Position numbers and translations under genes: made by a program. This document shows positions 54,750 through 63,358 of a stretch of 64,000 bases of DNA, piece after piece; position 1 is the first letter of the stretch, and the number at the start of each line of letters is the position of its first letter. This DNA is from an uncultured Bacilli bacterium (lineage in GTDB: Bacteria > Bacillota_I > Bacilli_A > RF39 > UBA660). The notes below the pieces were generated by a model. The model saw only the letters and a program-made list of their open reading frames with translations, was not told where the DNA came from and searched no databases. The stretch is taken from the NCBI GenBank assembly GCA_934131695.1, contig CAKOZV010000002.1:5316-69315 (forward strand). Reading direction: 5' to 3'.

Positions 54750-54825
54750 TGGTGACCCGCATGAGATTCGAACTCATGACCCTTTGATTAAAAGTCAAAT
54801 GCTCTACCGACTGAGCTAGCGGATC
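54750..54825 (-). tRNA. tRNA-Lys (UUU)
   Basis: Anticodon arm TTTGA-CTTTTAA-TCAAA. Confidence 0.9.
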
Positions 54826-54838
54826 AAATATTTAAAAA

Positions 54839-54913
54839 TGGTTGCCTCGGTTAGATTCGAACTAACGCATGTCAGAGTCAAAGTCTGATGCCTTACCACT
54901 TGGCTACGAGGCA
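54839..54913 (-). tRNA. tRNA-Gln (UUG)
   Basis: Anticodon arm TCAGA-CTTTGAC-TCTGA. Confidence 0.9.
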
Positions 54914-54923
54914 ATAACTAAGA

Positions 54924-55007
54924 TGGTGGAGAGAGATGGATTCGAACCATCGAACCCGAAGGAACAGATTTACAGTCTGTCGCGTTTAGCCACTTCGCTA
55001 CCTCTCC
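54924..55007 (-). tRNA. tRNA-Tyr (GUA)
   Basis: Long variable arm; anticodon loop CTGTAAA. Confidence 0.9.
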
Positions 55008-55024
55008 GACTATAAATAATAAAA

Positions 55025-55100
55025 TGGTGCCGAAACCAGGAATCGAACCCGGAACCTACTGATTACAAATCAGTTGCTCTACCTATTGAGCTATTTCGGC
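55025..55100 (-). tRNA. tRNA-Thr (UGU)
   Basis: Anticodon arm ACTGA-TTTGTAA-TCAGT. Confidence 0.9.
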
Positions 55101-55107
55101 ATCTTAA

Positions 55108-55184
55108 TGGTGGGCGATATAGGACTCGAACCTATGACCCCCTGCTTGTAAGGCAGGTGCTCTAACCAACTGAGCTAATCGCCC
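55108..55184 (-). tRNA. tRNA-Val (UAC)
   Basis: Anticodon arm CCTGC-CTTACAA-GCAGG. Confidence 0.9.
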
Positions 55185-55206
55185 AAGTAACCACTTGACG
55201 AAATTA

Positions 55207-55235
55207 AATATACCAATTTATTTAATGAATGTCAA
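55207..55235 (-). promoter_or_regulatory. sigma-A promoter of the 10-tRNA cluster
   Basis: Minus strand reads AAAGTGTTGACA, 17-nt spacer, TATATT with TGG upstream. Confidence 0.6.
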
Positions 55236-55253
55236 CACTTTTTCCGATTTTTA

Positions 55254-55598
55254 TTATATTTTTTTCTCTTTTAGTGATTTTTCTAGAAAAATAGCTAAAT
55301 TTTTAAATCCCGATGGTGTTTCTTTTATCTTGCTTCCCCTATTTTTAGTAATACGATAATCAAGATTAATGGTACTTAATGAGTAGTGATTATCTTTTTC
55401 TTCTCTTACTATTCTCACTCTTATTAATTCACCAATAGTAGCATAATCATTAACATTTTCTATATATTTGTTAGAGATTTCTGAAATATGAATTAAACCG
55501 CTTGTATTATTATCTAGCTGAACAAAAATTCCATACTCTTTAATACCAGTGACATAACCCAGTACAACAGAACCTATCTTGTACTTTTCATGCATCAC
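55254..55598 (-). CDS. S1-domain RNA-binding protein (YabR/general-stress-protein-13-like)
   Basis: S1 OB-fold: GSVVLGYVTGIKEYGIFVQLDNNTSGLIHISEIS. Confidence 0.8.
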   Translation of the reverse strand: MMHEKYKIGSVVLGYVTGIKEYGIFVQLDNNTSGLIHISEISNKYIENVNDYATIGELIRVRIVREEKDNHYSLSTINLDYRITKNRGSKIKETPSGFKNLAIFLEKSLKEKKI

Positions 55599-55678
55599 TT
55601 CTCACCACAAATAGATTATAGCATAATTTTCTCTTTACGAAAAGAAAAAATTTATTTATAATGTTCTTGGTGATAAAA

Positions 55679-55924
55679 ATGAATGATGAACAAATAGAAG
55701 CTAAAGTAAGAGAAATTATTGATGAGTTACGTCCTTTTCTAGTAAGTGATGGAGGAACTCTTGATTTTGTAAGTTATAAAGATGGTATTGTCTATGTCAG
55801 TTTAGGTGGTGCTTGTGCTGATTGTGACTTTTTAGACGTTACTTTAAAAGACGGAATTGAACAAATGATAATGAACGAAATAGAAGAAGTTAAAGAAGTA
55901 AGAAATATTAATGAAGAAAATTAA
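55679..55924 (+). CDS. NifU C-terminal-domain (Nfu-type) Fe-S scaffold protein
   Basis: LRPFLVSDGGTLDFV...GACADC motif. The probable start is MNDEQ at 55679. Confidence 0.8.
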   Translation: MNDEQIEAKVREIIDELRPFLVSDGGTLDFVSYKDGIVYVSLGGACADCDFLDVTLKDGIEQMIMNEIEEVKEVRNINEEN

Positions 55925-56834
55925 AGTTTTCTAAGAAATCAATTTGAATTAAAAAACCACTTTCTCTTAAAAGATTATAAAGATAAAATAAGAAGTCTTC
56001 ATAATCTTTTATTTTGTCTAAAATATTAATTATTTTATCTTCACTTACTACTCCATTTATAATATCTTCATAACAATCAAAATAGAAACTTGGAAATAAC
56101 ACTCTAGCCATTAATAAATGTCTTTGATAAGAACTATCTACACTAAGTAATAGTTTTTTTATTTGTCCATCCTGATAACCATAAAAGAATAAATCTTTTA
56201 AATATTCACTTATATCTCTTACTTTATAATCTATAATAAGAGATAATGGATTATAGAAGTTATTTAAATCATCATTTAGATGAATTCTCTTATGACAAAT
56301 AGTTAAGTTATCTTTACTACTCTTTTTTATAGATTTATTAACTTCACTTAGATAACTAATAGCTACTTCAGCATAACCAATAAAGTAGTCAATACTATTA
56401 TATAATAAAGGATATTTATCTTTGATATATGGTTTTTGGTACTCAAAATAATCTATTTTTCTACACCATAAATTATACCAGTCACTTCTATTAAGTATTA
56501 GATAATTATTATAATTAATATAAGTATCTTTAATTAAATCTTCTACTATTATCTTTCTATTAAGAAAGTTGTAACAAACAAGAATATAGTTTTTACCATC
56601 TATTAGTGAGGAATAGTTATTAAAAACATTATCTATAATTAAGGATGGATAATTATAATAAGCTAGACTTTTATTTAAACTAACTTGTTCTTTTATCTCT
56701 TGTTCCTGATTATTCACTAAATAAAGAATATATAACTTATCATTTAAATAGAATTTATAATTTACGCCATCTTTAATAATTTCCACTGGATAAAGGTGAT
56801 AATAATAATTAAGAAAGTTTTTAATTTTAATCAC
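55908..56834 (-). CDS. hypothetical protein, possibly a CotS/YutH-like spore-coat kinase-fold protein
   Basis: 308 aa with an N-terminal Y/N-rich beta region and a helical C-terminus. The assignment rests on overall resemblance and the sporulation neighbourhood only. Confidence 0.35.
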   Translation of the reverse strand: MIKIKNFLNYYYHLYPVEIIKDGVNYKFYLNDKLYILYLVNNQEQEIKEQVSLNKSLAYYNYPSLIIDNVFNNYSSLIDGKNYILVCYNFLNRKIIVEDLIKDTYINYNNYLILNRSDWYNLWCRKIDYFEYQKPYIKDKYPLLYNSIDYFIGYAEVAISYLSEVNKSIKKSSKDNLTICHKRIHLNDDLNNFYNPLSLIIDYKVRDISEYLKDLFFYGYQDGQIKKLLLSVDSSYQRHLLMARVLFPSFYFDCYEDIINGVVSEDKIINILDKIKDYEDFLFYLYNLLRESGFLIQIDFLENFNFLH

Positions 56835-56886
56835 CTCTATTTAATATTATGAAATGTCACAAAAAAAGAGTACTATTTTTAGTACC

Positions 56887-58866
56887 CTATCTTCTTCTAC
56901 TTGTCTTTTCATCGCCAACACCTTTTGGAGTTATAGCAACTAAAACATCATCTTTTTTAGGCATTTGTTCATCTCGACCTTGTATAGGGAGATTAACATA
57001 AAAGCCATTATAATCTGTATCTACACTTTGCCTTTTAGGTTCAGTTGAAGTTGTTGAAAAACTAGCTAAATAGTCAGCATAATTTATATCACCTGGCTCT
57101 ACATGAGAAAGTTTCATTGTAGGATCAGGTGTTTCATCTTTTGATGCAGTTAAATGCTGTAACTCTGTTCTTGCTGCTTCTAATTTTTTTCTTTCTTCTT
57201 GTAAATTATAATCAATCTCTTTTGTTTCAGTCTGCAAAGTTGCTCGTTCAGATTGTAGACGTTCTCTTTCTTTGGCCACTTTACTCTGATTTTCCCGTTC
57301 AATCCTTAACGTTTCTTTATATTTCTTAGCTTCTTCTTCTTCTTTTAAAACAGCCCTTCTATTTTCTTCTATTTGTCTTTGATACTTCAAAGCTTTCTCC
57401 ACTTTTTGGTTTAACTCTTCAACAGCTTTTTGTTCTTGTCTTTTTCTTTCTATTTCTTTTTTCATTCTTTCATTTTCTTCTCTATTTCTAGAAAGTTCAT
57501 CTTCTTCTTGTTCACGTGCTTGTTTTTCAGCTTCATATTCTCTCTTAGCCTCTTCCTTTGCCTGACGTTTTCTTTCTATTTCATTAATTGATTCAGCTAA
57601 TTGAGCAGACAACTCATCAACATTAGGAACAATAGTGTTATTTTGTGTATAAGACGTACTATTAACTGGTGATGATTGTTTACCTGTTAATCTTCTAGCA
57701 AAACTTTCAAGTGCATCATCAGTTAGCGTATCACTAGGGTCAATGCCACTATTTTCCGCAGTAGGAGTGTTTTGGGTAAAAGTTCCTTCTTCATTAGGTT
57801 TTGATGAATTTTGAAGCCATTCTGGTACATTAAGAGTTGGTTTACTACTAAATATAGATTCATCTAATGGCTGATTTTCTTTGTTGTTTTTTGATAAAAT
57901 TGAAAAACCTTCTGGTACAGTAAATGTTGGTTTACCACTAAAAATAGGTTCACCTAACGTTGGCTTTTCTTTGTTATCTTTTGATAAATCTGAAGAACTT
58001 TCTGATACAGTAATAACTGGTTTTCCTTCATTCAATACAAAGTTTAAATCTTTATTTTTCAAAGGTAAAGATGTATTATTTTTTACTTGTCCACTATTTA
58101 AAATTTGATCTAACTCTGTTGATTCTAATTTAGTATGATTTTTAATTGGACTAATATTATCAAAGAAATTATCCAATTCAATTTCTTTATTTTTACCATT
58201 TACCTTTTTACTAATTAAATTATCTATTTTTGCATCTTCCTTGTCATCAAATGTTTTAGCATATGATTCAACTTTTTCATCTGTAGCTCCTTTTAAAGCT
58301 TGGTATACTGACTTTTTAATATCTTCCTGTTCTGCTTTAGATACTTCCACATCCCTTTTTATAGGTTTTGCCATACCTTCAAAAGTTTTCTTCGAAGTAG
58401 AAAACACATCATTCATTTGTTTATATGCTTCTACCATTCCAGTCATAGCTTCTTTTCTATACTTCTTTATTACCATTTGTGTAGCTAATTTTCCAAAATT
58501 AACATTTGGAATTTTTAAACTATGTCTGCCATTTTCTATTACTCTTCTGTAATATGTATCAAATGCTGCTATTTTATCTTCTAATATAGCGACATTGGAA
58601 TCTATTTTAGTAAGAAAAGCTTTTTTATCTTCATCGCTCATAGTAGTAACATTTTTCAATCCAGCGGTTGCTAAAGTCTTAGTCTCTTTTGATTGCTTTA
58701 ACATATTGTTTAAAAAATGTCTTTCTACTTTACCTATAATCATAAAGGCTAAAGCTTGAAATTTAAGCTTTGTTGGAGGAGCTACTGCTACTGTTTCAAT
58801 TGGATTATCAATAAGTTCTGCACCAAGTTCTTCCGCCTCTTTTATATTTATTTCTTCTTTAATCAT
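56887..58866 (-). CDS. hypothetical protein with about 33-aa tandem repeats and an E/K/R-rich coiled-coil region
   Basis: 659-aa ORF. Repeats read KP(V/T)(I/F/L)(T/N)V(S/P)E...SK(D/N)NKE...(E/D)(P/S)IFS(G/S). A long REQEE/KKEIERKRQ coiled coil is present. Confidence 0.6.
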   Translation of the reverse strand: MIKEEINIKEAEELGAELIDNPIETVAVAPPTKLKFQALAFMIIGKVERHFLNNMLKQSKETKTLATAGLKNVTTMSDEDKKAFLTKIDSNVAILEDKIAAFDTYYRRVIENGRHSLKIPNVNFGKLATQMVIKKYRKEAMTGMVEAYKQMNDVFSTSKKTFEGMAKPIKRDVEVSKAEQEDIKKSVYQALKGATDEKVESYAKTFDDKEDAKIDNLISKKVNGKNKEIELDNFFDNISPIKNHTKLESTELDQILNSGQVKNNTSLPLKNKDLNFVLNEGKPVITVSESSSDLSKDNKEKPTLGEPIFSGKPTFTVPEGFSILSKNNKENQPLDESIFSSKPTLNVPEWLQNSSKPNEEGTFTQNTPTAENSGIDPSDTLTDDALESFARRLTGKQSSPVNSTSYTQNNTIVPNVDELSAQLAESINEIERKRQAKEEAKREYEAEKQAREQEEDELSRNREENERMKKEIERKRQEQKAVEELNQKVEKALKYQRQIEENRRAVLKEEEEAKKYKETLRIERENQSKVAKERERLQSERATLQTETKEIDYNLQEERKKLEAARTELQHLTASKDETPDPTMKLSHVEPGDINYADYLASFSTTSTEPKRQSVDTDYNGFYVNLPIQGRDEQMPKKDDVLVAITPKGVGDEKTSRRR

Positions 58867-58884
58867 AATTTATGCCTCCAACCA

Positions 58885-59148
58885 TTATTGAGATAACTTG
58901 CGTAATACGTCTTTTACCCTATTCCATTCTTCTTCATTATCAACTCCAAATAACTGTGGAGTTCCACCATTTCTTTCAACACGAGATACATAAACAGTAA
59001 CATTACCATTTGCATCTTTTTCATTCTTTGTGTAAACTACGTATTCTTTTTTTGTATCTTTAAATTCAAAAGCAATAACTACTTCTACTTCATCAATAGA
59101 ACCATCTTCTTGCACAATTGACATAATTTTTTTATTTTCATTTTCCAT
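58885..59148 (-). CDS. DUF1292-family protein
   Basis: 87 aa with EDGSIDEVEVVIAFEF...KEYVVYT pattern. Confidence 0.7.
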   Translation of the reverse strand: MENENKKIMSIVQEDGSIDEVEVVIAFEFKDTKKEYVVYTKNEKDANGNVTVYVSRVERNGGTPQLFGVDNEEEWNRVKDVLRKLSQ

Positions 59149-59234
59149 CTTTTTCTTCCTCCCTCGCTATTCTACAACATAATATTACCATAAAAAAGGA
59201 AAAATAGAAAGTTTTTTTTCCATTCTTGTACTAT

Positions 59235-59510
59235 TTAGTGTTTTTTTATCTTTCTAATTAAGAAATAATGACAACCATAAGCACAATAGTTTTTAATATA
59301 ATTATCTAAATCTTTAATATCATTTATACAATTTCTATTTTTATTATTACTATCATAATAACCTTTTAATCTTAATTTATCATAAGCAAAATCACCAAAA
59401 ATATAGTCATAGGGCTCAAAATAATCTGTTAATAAAGAATCAACTAATTCTTTATTAACATATTCACTACCTTTAACTATCTCATATTTATTATTAAAAA
59501 ACTCTATCAT
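59235..59510 (-). CDS. YutD-like (DUF1027) protein
   Basis: 91 aa with YDYIFGDFAYDKLRLKGYY pattern. Confidence 0.55.
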   Translation of the reverse strand: MIEFFNNKYEIVKGSEYVNKELVDSLLTDYFEPYDYIFGDFAYDKLRLKGYYDSNNKNRNCINDIKDLDNYIKNYCAYGCHYFLIRKIKKH

Positions 59511-59535
59511 ACAATTTCCTCTTTCTTATTATATT

Positions 59536-60270
59536 CTAACTTATATTAGAGTTTTTTTCTAGTCCTCCTTGATAATATAGTGGTACTTTTCCTTGAATAA
59601 GTTCTGTAACAAGAGGTATATTTGATGATACTTTTACTTCTTTAGAGGTATGAGGAAGAGTTATCTGCTCTGTTATTTCTACTATAATAGACAGTTCAAC
59701 TAAAGCATTATTAAAACCATAGGAGTTTACCTTTACCTCTAAATTGCTTTTAACGCTTCCCACAAAAGAAAACCTAATAGGAATAGACATAGTAGTATTT
59801 ATAAGTAAAGAATTACCTGTTAGACTTCCTATTGGTATATCACAAACTATTCCATTTTTTAGATAGATATAATTTTTACCCTTAAGTCCATCAGATAATG
59901 AAATATTTTTAGTATCTCCTCTTTCTATTTCAAGTAATCTATCAGTAACATTCTTATTTATTTTATTCAAAATAGTATTAACTTCTTTAGAATTGTAATC
60001 AATGAATTCTATTTCTTTGGAATCATTCTTAACTATCTTATATAAGTTTTCTTTAGTAAAATCATAGTTTCTAATTACATCATTTAAAATAGTAGTTGCT
60101 ACTCTTTTAGTTTCAATAGATGCATAACTAGTTATTGATTCTTCTAAATGTTTACCAGCTTTAAAGATAATAATTATTGTTAATATAAATGAGAAGAAAA
60201 TAGTTCCTAATAAAAAAGAAATGGGATTAGATTTCTTTCTTCTCTTTAAATGTAGTCTTCTAGAATTCAT
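59536..60270 (-). CDS. sporulation protein YunB-like
   Basis: N-terminal basic segment plus a single TM, then a beta-rich body. It is positioned next to ylmC/sigG. The assignment is from resemblance only. Confidence 0.5.
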   Translation of the reverse strand: MNSRRLHLKRRKKSNPISFLLGTIFFSFILTIIIIFKAGKHLEESITSYASIETKRVATTILNDVIRNYDFTKENLYKIVKNDSKEIEFIDYNSKEVNTILNKINKNVTDRLLEIERGDTKNISLSDGLKGKNYIYLKNGIVCDIPIGSLTGNSLLINTTMSIPIRFSFVGSVKSNLEVKVNSYGFNNALVELSIIVEITEQITLPHTSKEVKVSSNIPLVTELIQGKVPLYYQGGLEKNSNIS

Positions 60271-60506
60271 TCTAATCTTACTAGGATAACATCTTCTCCT
60301 ATCCTTTCAATATTCTTCCAAGATATTTCTTCTTCCACCCCTCTATTCATGAAAGATAGCATTTTCTTATTAGGTTCTACTACTAAAGAAACAATAGCAC
60401 CACTTATTTGATCTATTTTAACATCAATTATATTACCTACATTTCTACCATCCATTGTATTTACTATATCTTTATTTTGTAAATCTGATAATCTCACTAT
60501 TATCAC
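60267..60506 (-). CDS. YlmC/YmxH-family sporulation protein (PRC-barrel)
   Basis: LSDLQNKDIVNTMDGRNVGNIIDVKID...GAIVSLVV. Confidence 0.8.
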   Translation of the reverse strand: MIIVRLSDLQNKDIVNTMDGRNVGNIIDVKIDQISGAIVSLVVEPNKKMLSFMNRGVEEEISWKNIERIGEDVILVRLE

Positions 60507-60541
60507 CTATTTATTTTTATGTAAAAAAAAGAAATACTATT

Positions 60542-61315
60542 CTATTTTAGTATTCTCTTTAACTGTTTAACAGCATTTTTTTCAAGTCTTGATACTTGAG
60601 CCTGACTAATGGATAAGTCTTCTGCTACTTCCATTTGGGTTTTACCAATAATGAATCTCTCTTCTAGTATTTGTTGACATCTATCAGATAACATAGTAAT
60701 AGCATCATTAGTAGCTAGCCGATTTTCCATCTCACTCCCCGTTTGTCTTTTATCTTCTATTTGATCATATAAATAGATAGTATCTCCTCCATCACTATAG
60801 ATTGGTTCAAACATAGAAACTGGATCTCTTAATGACTCTAGAGCATTCACTACATCATAAGTTGTACAATCTAGTTTTTTGCTTATCTCTTCACAAGATG
60901 GTTCTTTCCCATTAGTTAAAACATATTCTTCTTTATATTTTAAGGCTTTATATGCTAAATCCTTAGTAGAACGACTTACTCTTATACTATTATTATCTCT
61001 TAAATAACGTCTAATCTCTCCAATAATCATCGGTACAGCATAGGTTGAAAACTTAACATTCTGTTCCAAATCAAAATTATCAATAGACTTAACAAGTCCA
61101 ATACATCCAACTTGAAATAAATCATCTAAGTTCTCATTATAATTTTTGAATCTTTTTAAAATACTTAAGACTAACTTTAAATTACCTTCTACCAAATCAT
61201 TTCTAGCAAAAGGATTAGTTTTAATATTTTTAAAGAGTTCTGTCATCTCTTCACTAGTTAATACTTTTAAATTTCTTGTATCTACTCCACTAATTTCTAC
61301 TTTATAGTTTGACAT
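60542..61315 (-). CDS. sigG: sporulation sigma factor SigG
   Basis: Near-colinear with B. subtilis SigG: KVEISGVDT, DDLFQVGCIGLVKSIDNFDL..NVKFSTYAVPMIIGEIRRYLRDNNSIRVSRS, GKTQMEVAEDLSISQAQVSRLEKNAVKQ. Confidence 0.85.
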   Translation of the reverse strand: MSNYKVEISGVDTRNLKVLTSEEMTELFKNIKTNPFARNDLVEGNLKLVLSILKRFKNYNENLDDLFQVGCIGLVKSIDNFDLEQNVKFSTYAVPMIIGEIRRYLRDNNSIRVSRSTKDLAYKALKYKEEYVLTNGKEPSCEEISKKLDCTTYDVVNALESLRDPVSMFEPIYSDGGDTIYLYDQIEDKRQTGSEMENRLATNDAITMLSDRCQQILEERFIIGKTQMEVAEDLSISQAQVSRLEKNAVKQLKRILK

Positions 61316-61323
61316 TTTATCAC

Positions 61324-61348
61324 CTTTCTATCTTATAATGATAGAAAG
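61324..61348 (-). promoter_or_regulatory. hairpin occluding the sigG ribosome-binding site
   Basis: Minus-strand RNA reads CUUUCUAUC-AUUAUAA-GAUAGAAAG directly followed by GUGAUAAAAUG. The 3' arm contains the SD (GAAAGGUG). Confidence 0.5.
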
Positions 61349-61357
61349 ATAATTTTT

Positions 61358-62200
61358 TTATACATATTTTTGGAATTCTCTTGGTAATTTACTCTCAAAT
61401 GTATATTTTTTCTTATTATTTGGATTAGTTAAAACTATTTTAGAAGCATGTAGTAATAATCTTTTAGCTTTAATATCACTAGTATATTTTGTATCACCTA
61501 CAATTGGATATCCTAAATATGATAGAACTGCTCTTATTTGATTTTTTCTACCCGTCTTAATATTTACTTTTACTAAGGCATAATTTTTCTTTTCTTTTAA
61601 TACTGTTATAGAAGTAATTGCTTTCTTACCACTTTTATCATTAGTAACATGTACTTTATAATTATTATCTTCTTTTAAATAACATGTATAATTAGTATAT
61701 GACTTTATTCCTTTTGGTACTACTGCTATATATTCTCTATCTTCTATTAAGTTATTCCAATCATTTTGTAATAGTTCTTTTATTCTTTCATCTTTTACAA
61801 AGATTACTACTCCTGATGTATCTTTATCTAGACGGTGTAGGATAAATATTTTATCTTTACTATTTCTTTCTTTAATAAATTGACGCATCATATGATAAGC
61901 TGTTTTTTCTTTTTCTTTAGTAGTTGCTATTGTTAATAAATGTGCTGGTTTTTCTATTACTAAAAAGTATTCATCTTCATAAAGTATCTTTAAAGGACTC
62001 TTCTTATGAGTCTTATAATCTTTTCTAATTTCAATAATATCATTTTTCTTTACTTTGTAGTTATAAGCAGTAATTGATTTACCATTTACAAAAACACTAT
62101 TATTTTTTAGATATGATTTTAATTTTTTATGACTTTGTTCGTTAAATAATTTTAATATTGTTTCTAACAATAATCCTTCTTCTTCGACTTTTTTATACAT
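61358..62200 (-). CDS. RluA-family pseudouridine synthase with an N-terminal S4 domain
   Basis: HRLDKDTSGV catalytic motif, GRKNQIR and an S4-like N-terminus. Confidence 0.85.
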   Translation of the reverse strand: MYKKVEEEGLLLETILKLFNEQSHKKLKSYLKNNSVFVNGKSITAYNYKVKKNDIIEIRKDYKTHKKSPLKILYEDEYFLVIEKPAHLLTIATTKEKEKTAYHMMRQFIKERNSKDKIFILHRLDKDTSGVVIFVKDERIKELLQNDWNNLIEDREYIAVVPKGIKSYTNYTCYLKEDNNYKVHVTNDKSGKKAITSITVLKEKKNYALVKVNIKTGRKNQIRAVLSYLGYPIVGDTKYTSDIKAKRLLLHASKIVLTNPNNKKKYTFESKLPREFQKYV

Positions 62201-62341
62201 AAAAGCACCTCTTTTCTTAGAAGATTATAGCAAAAGATGAAATTTATCACAATATTTTTTAAAAAAAGCTTGATTTTTAATCACATCTTTGCTATTCTAA
62301 GTATGCAAGTCGGAAATATATTACAAAATTTAAAAAAAGAC

Positions 62342-62370
62342 TTGATTTATGAAACATTTTATTGTAATAT
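62342..62370 (+). promoter_or_regulatory. sigma-A promoter of the tRNA Ile-Asn-Glu cluster
   Basis: A-tract followed by TTGATT, 17-nt spacer, TAATAT. A similar A-tract/TTGATT box lies about 70 nt upstream (62262-62274). Confidence 0.5.
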
Positions 62371-62393
62371 TAAATTGTTCTGTTTGAAAGAAC

Positions 62394-62470
62394 GGGCTTG
62401 TAGCTCAGTTGGTTAGAGCGCTCGCTTGATAAGCGAGAGGTCACAGGTTCAAGTCCTGTCAGGCCCACCA
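62394..62470 (+). tRNA. tRNA-Ile (GAU)
   Basis: Anticodon arm CTCGC-TTGATAA-GCGAG; encoded CCA. Confidence 0.95.
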
Positions 62471-62477
62471 TTAAGAT

Positions 62478-62554
62478 GCCTCAATAGCTCAGTTGGTTAG
62501 AGCACTTGACTGTTAATCAAGGGGTCCTAGGTTCAAGTCCTAGTTGAGGCGCCA
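62478..62554 (+). tRNA. tRNA-Asn (GUU)
   Basis: Anticodon arm CTTGA-CTGTTAA-TCAAG; encoded CCA. Confidence 0.95.
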
Positions 62555-62562
62555 TTTTTTTT

Positions 62563-62639
62563 GGCCAGTTGGTGAAGTGGCTTAACACACTGCCCTTTCA
62601 CGGCAGCATTCACGGATTCGAATTCCGTACTGGTCACCA
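62563..62639 (+). tRNA. tRNA-Glu (UUC)
   Basis: Anticodon arm CTGCC-CTTTCAC-GGCAG; encoded CCA. Confidence 0.9.
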
Positions 62640-62649
62640 TAATGATTAC

Positions 62650-62674
62650 AAAGCCTTATTTTCAAGGCTTTTTA
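62650..62674 (+). terminator. terminator of the tRNA cluster
   Basis: AAGCCTT-ATTTTC-AAGGCTT followed by TTTT. Confidence 0.7.
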
Positions 62675-62733
62675 TTTTAAATTTCATTTACCAAGTGCTT
62701 GCTAAAAGTATGGTTTTATGCTACTATATATAT

Positions 62734-62841
62734 AGATGAAGGAAACTTCATATAATAAAAAAGGAAATACTTAATATCCAATGTTTGAGTACTTACCTTA
62801 ATTGGGGTTTGCACACAATCTATTAGATTGAGTGCTTTTTT
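62734..62841 (+). ncRNA. candidate small RNA (possible type I antitoxin)
   Basis: Promoter TTGCTA (62699-62704), 17-nt spacer, TACTAT (62722-62727). Strong terminator GCACACAATCTA-TT-AGATTGAGTGC plus T6 at 62811-62841. No ORF inside. Confidence 0.3.
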
Positions 62842-62850
62842 ATTTTATGA

Positions 62851-62925
62851 CTACTTATAAAGTAGGCCAATTAGTAACATTATAATTACTACTAATAATG
62901 ATATTAATAAATTTTTTTTAGACAT
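62851..62925 (-). CDS. 24-aa hydrophobic peptide (candidate type I toxin)
   Basis: AAGGAGG lies 8 nt before the ATG. The peptide is MSKKNLLISLLVVIIMLLIGLLYK. The 5' UTR can fold so that GCCUUUCUUC pairs with the SD region GGAAGGAGGC. Confidence 0.35.
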   Translation of the reverse strand: MSKKNLLISLLVVIIMLLIGLLYK

Positions 62926-63134
62926 AATATCAAGCCTCCTTCCTTTAAAAGAAGAAAGGCAAGCACTCTAACTATTAAGTATTTCAAGTGCTATTATACT
63001 ATTTATAATCATGCTAAACAATAAAAGAGAAAAGTTTTAATATTTTCCGTATTATTGTAAAAAGGAAATTAAATAAAAAAACAACTTATCTTTTAATTTA
63101 ATTAGTTCAATTTCACTTTTTCTTTGTAAAAGTG

Positions 63135-63163
63135 TTGACATCACTTTTATTTTACGGTAATAT
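63135..63163 (+). promoter_or_regulatory. sigma-A promoter of tRNA-Ser
   Basis: AAAGTGTTGACA, 17-nt spacer, TAATAT. Confidence 0.6.
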
Positions 63164-63183
63164 TATAACTACGGAAGCAATTT

Positions 63184-63274
63184 GGAGACATACTCAAGAG
63201 GCTGAAGAGGCTCCCCTGCTAAGGGAGTAGGATGGGTAACTGTCGCGAGGGTTCAAATCCCTCTGTCTCCGCCA
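63184..63274 (+). tRNA. tRNA-Ser (GCU)
   Basis: Long variable arm; anticodon arm CTCCC-CTGCTAA-GGGAG; encoded CCA. Confidence 0.95.
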
Positions 63275-63358
63275 TTTAGAATTTAAAACCCTTATGGGTT
63301 TTTATCTTATTTATAAGTAAAAAAGTCATAAATATCAAGTTGATATCTACGACTTTTT

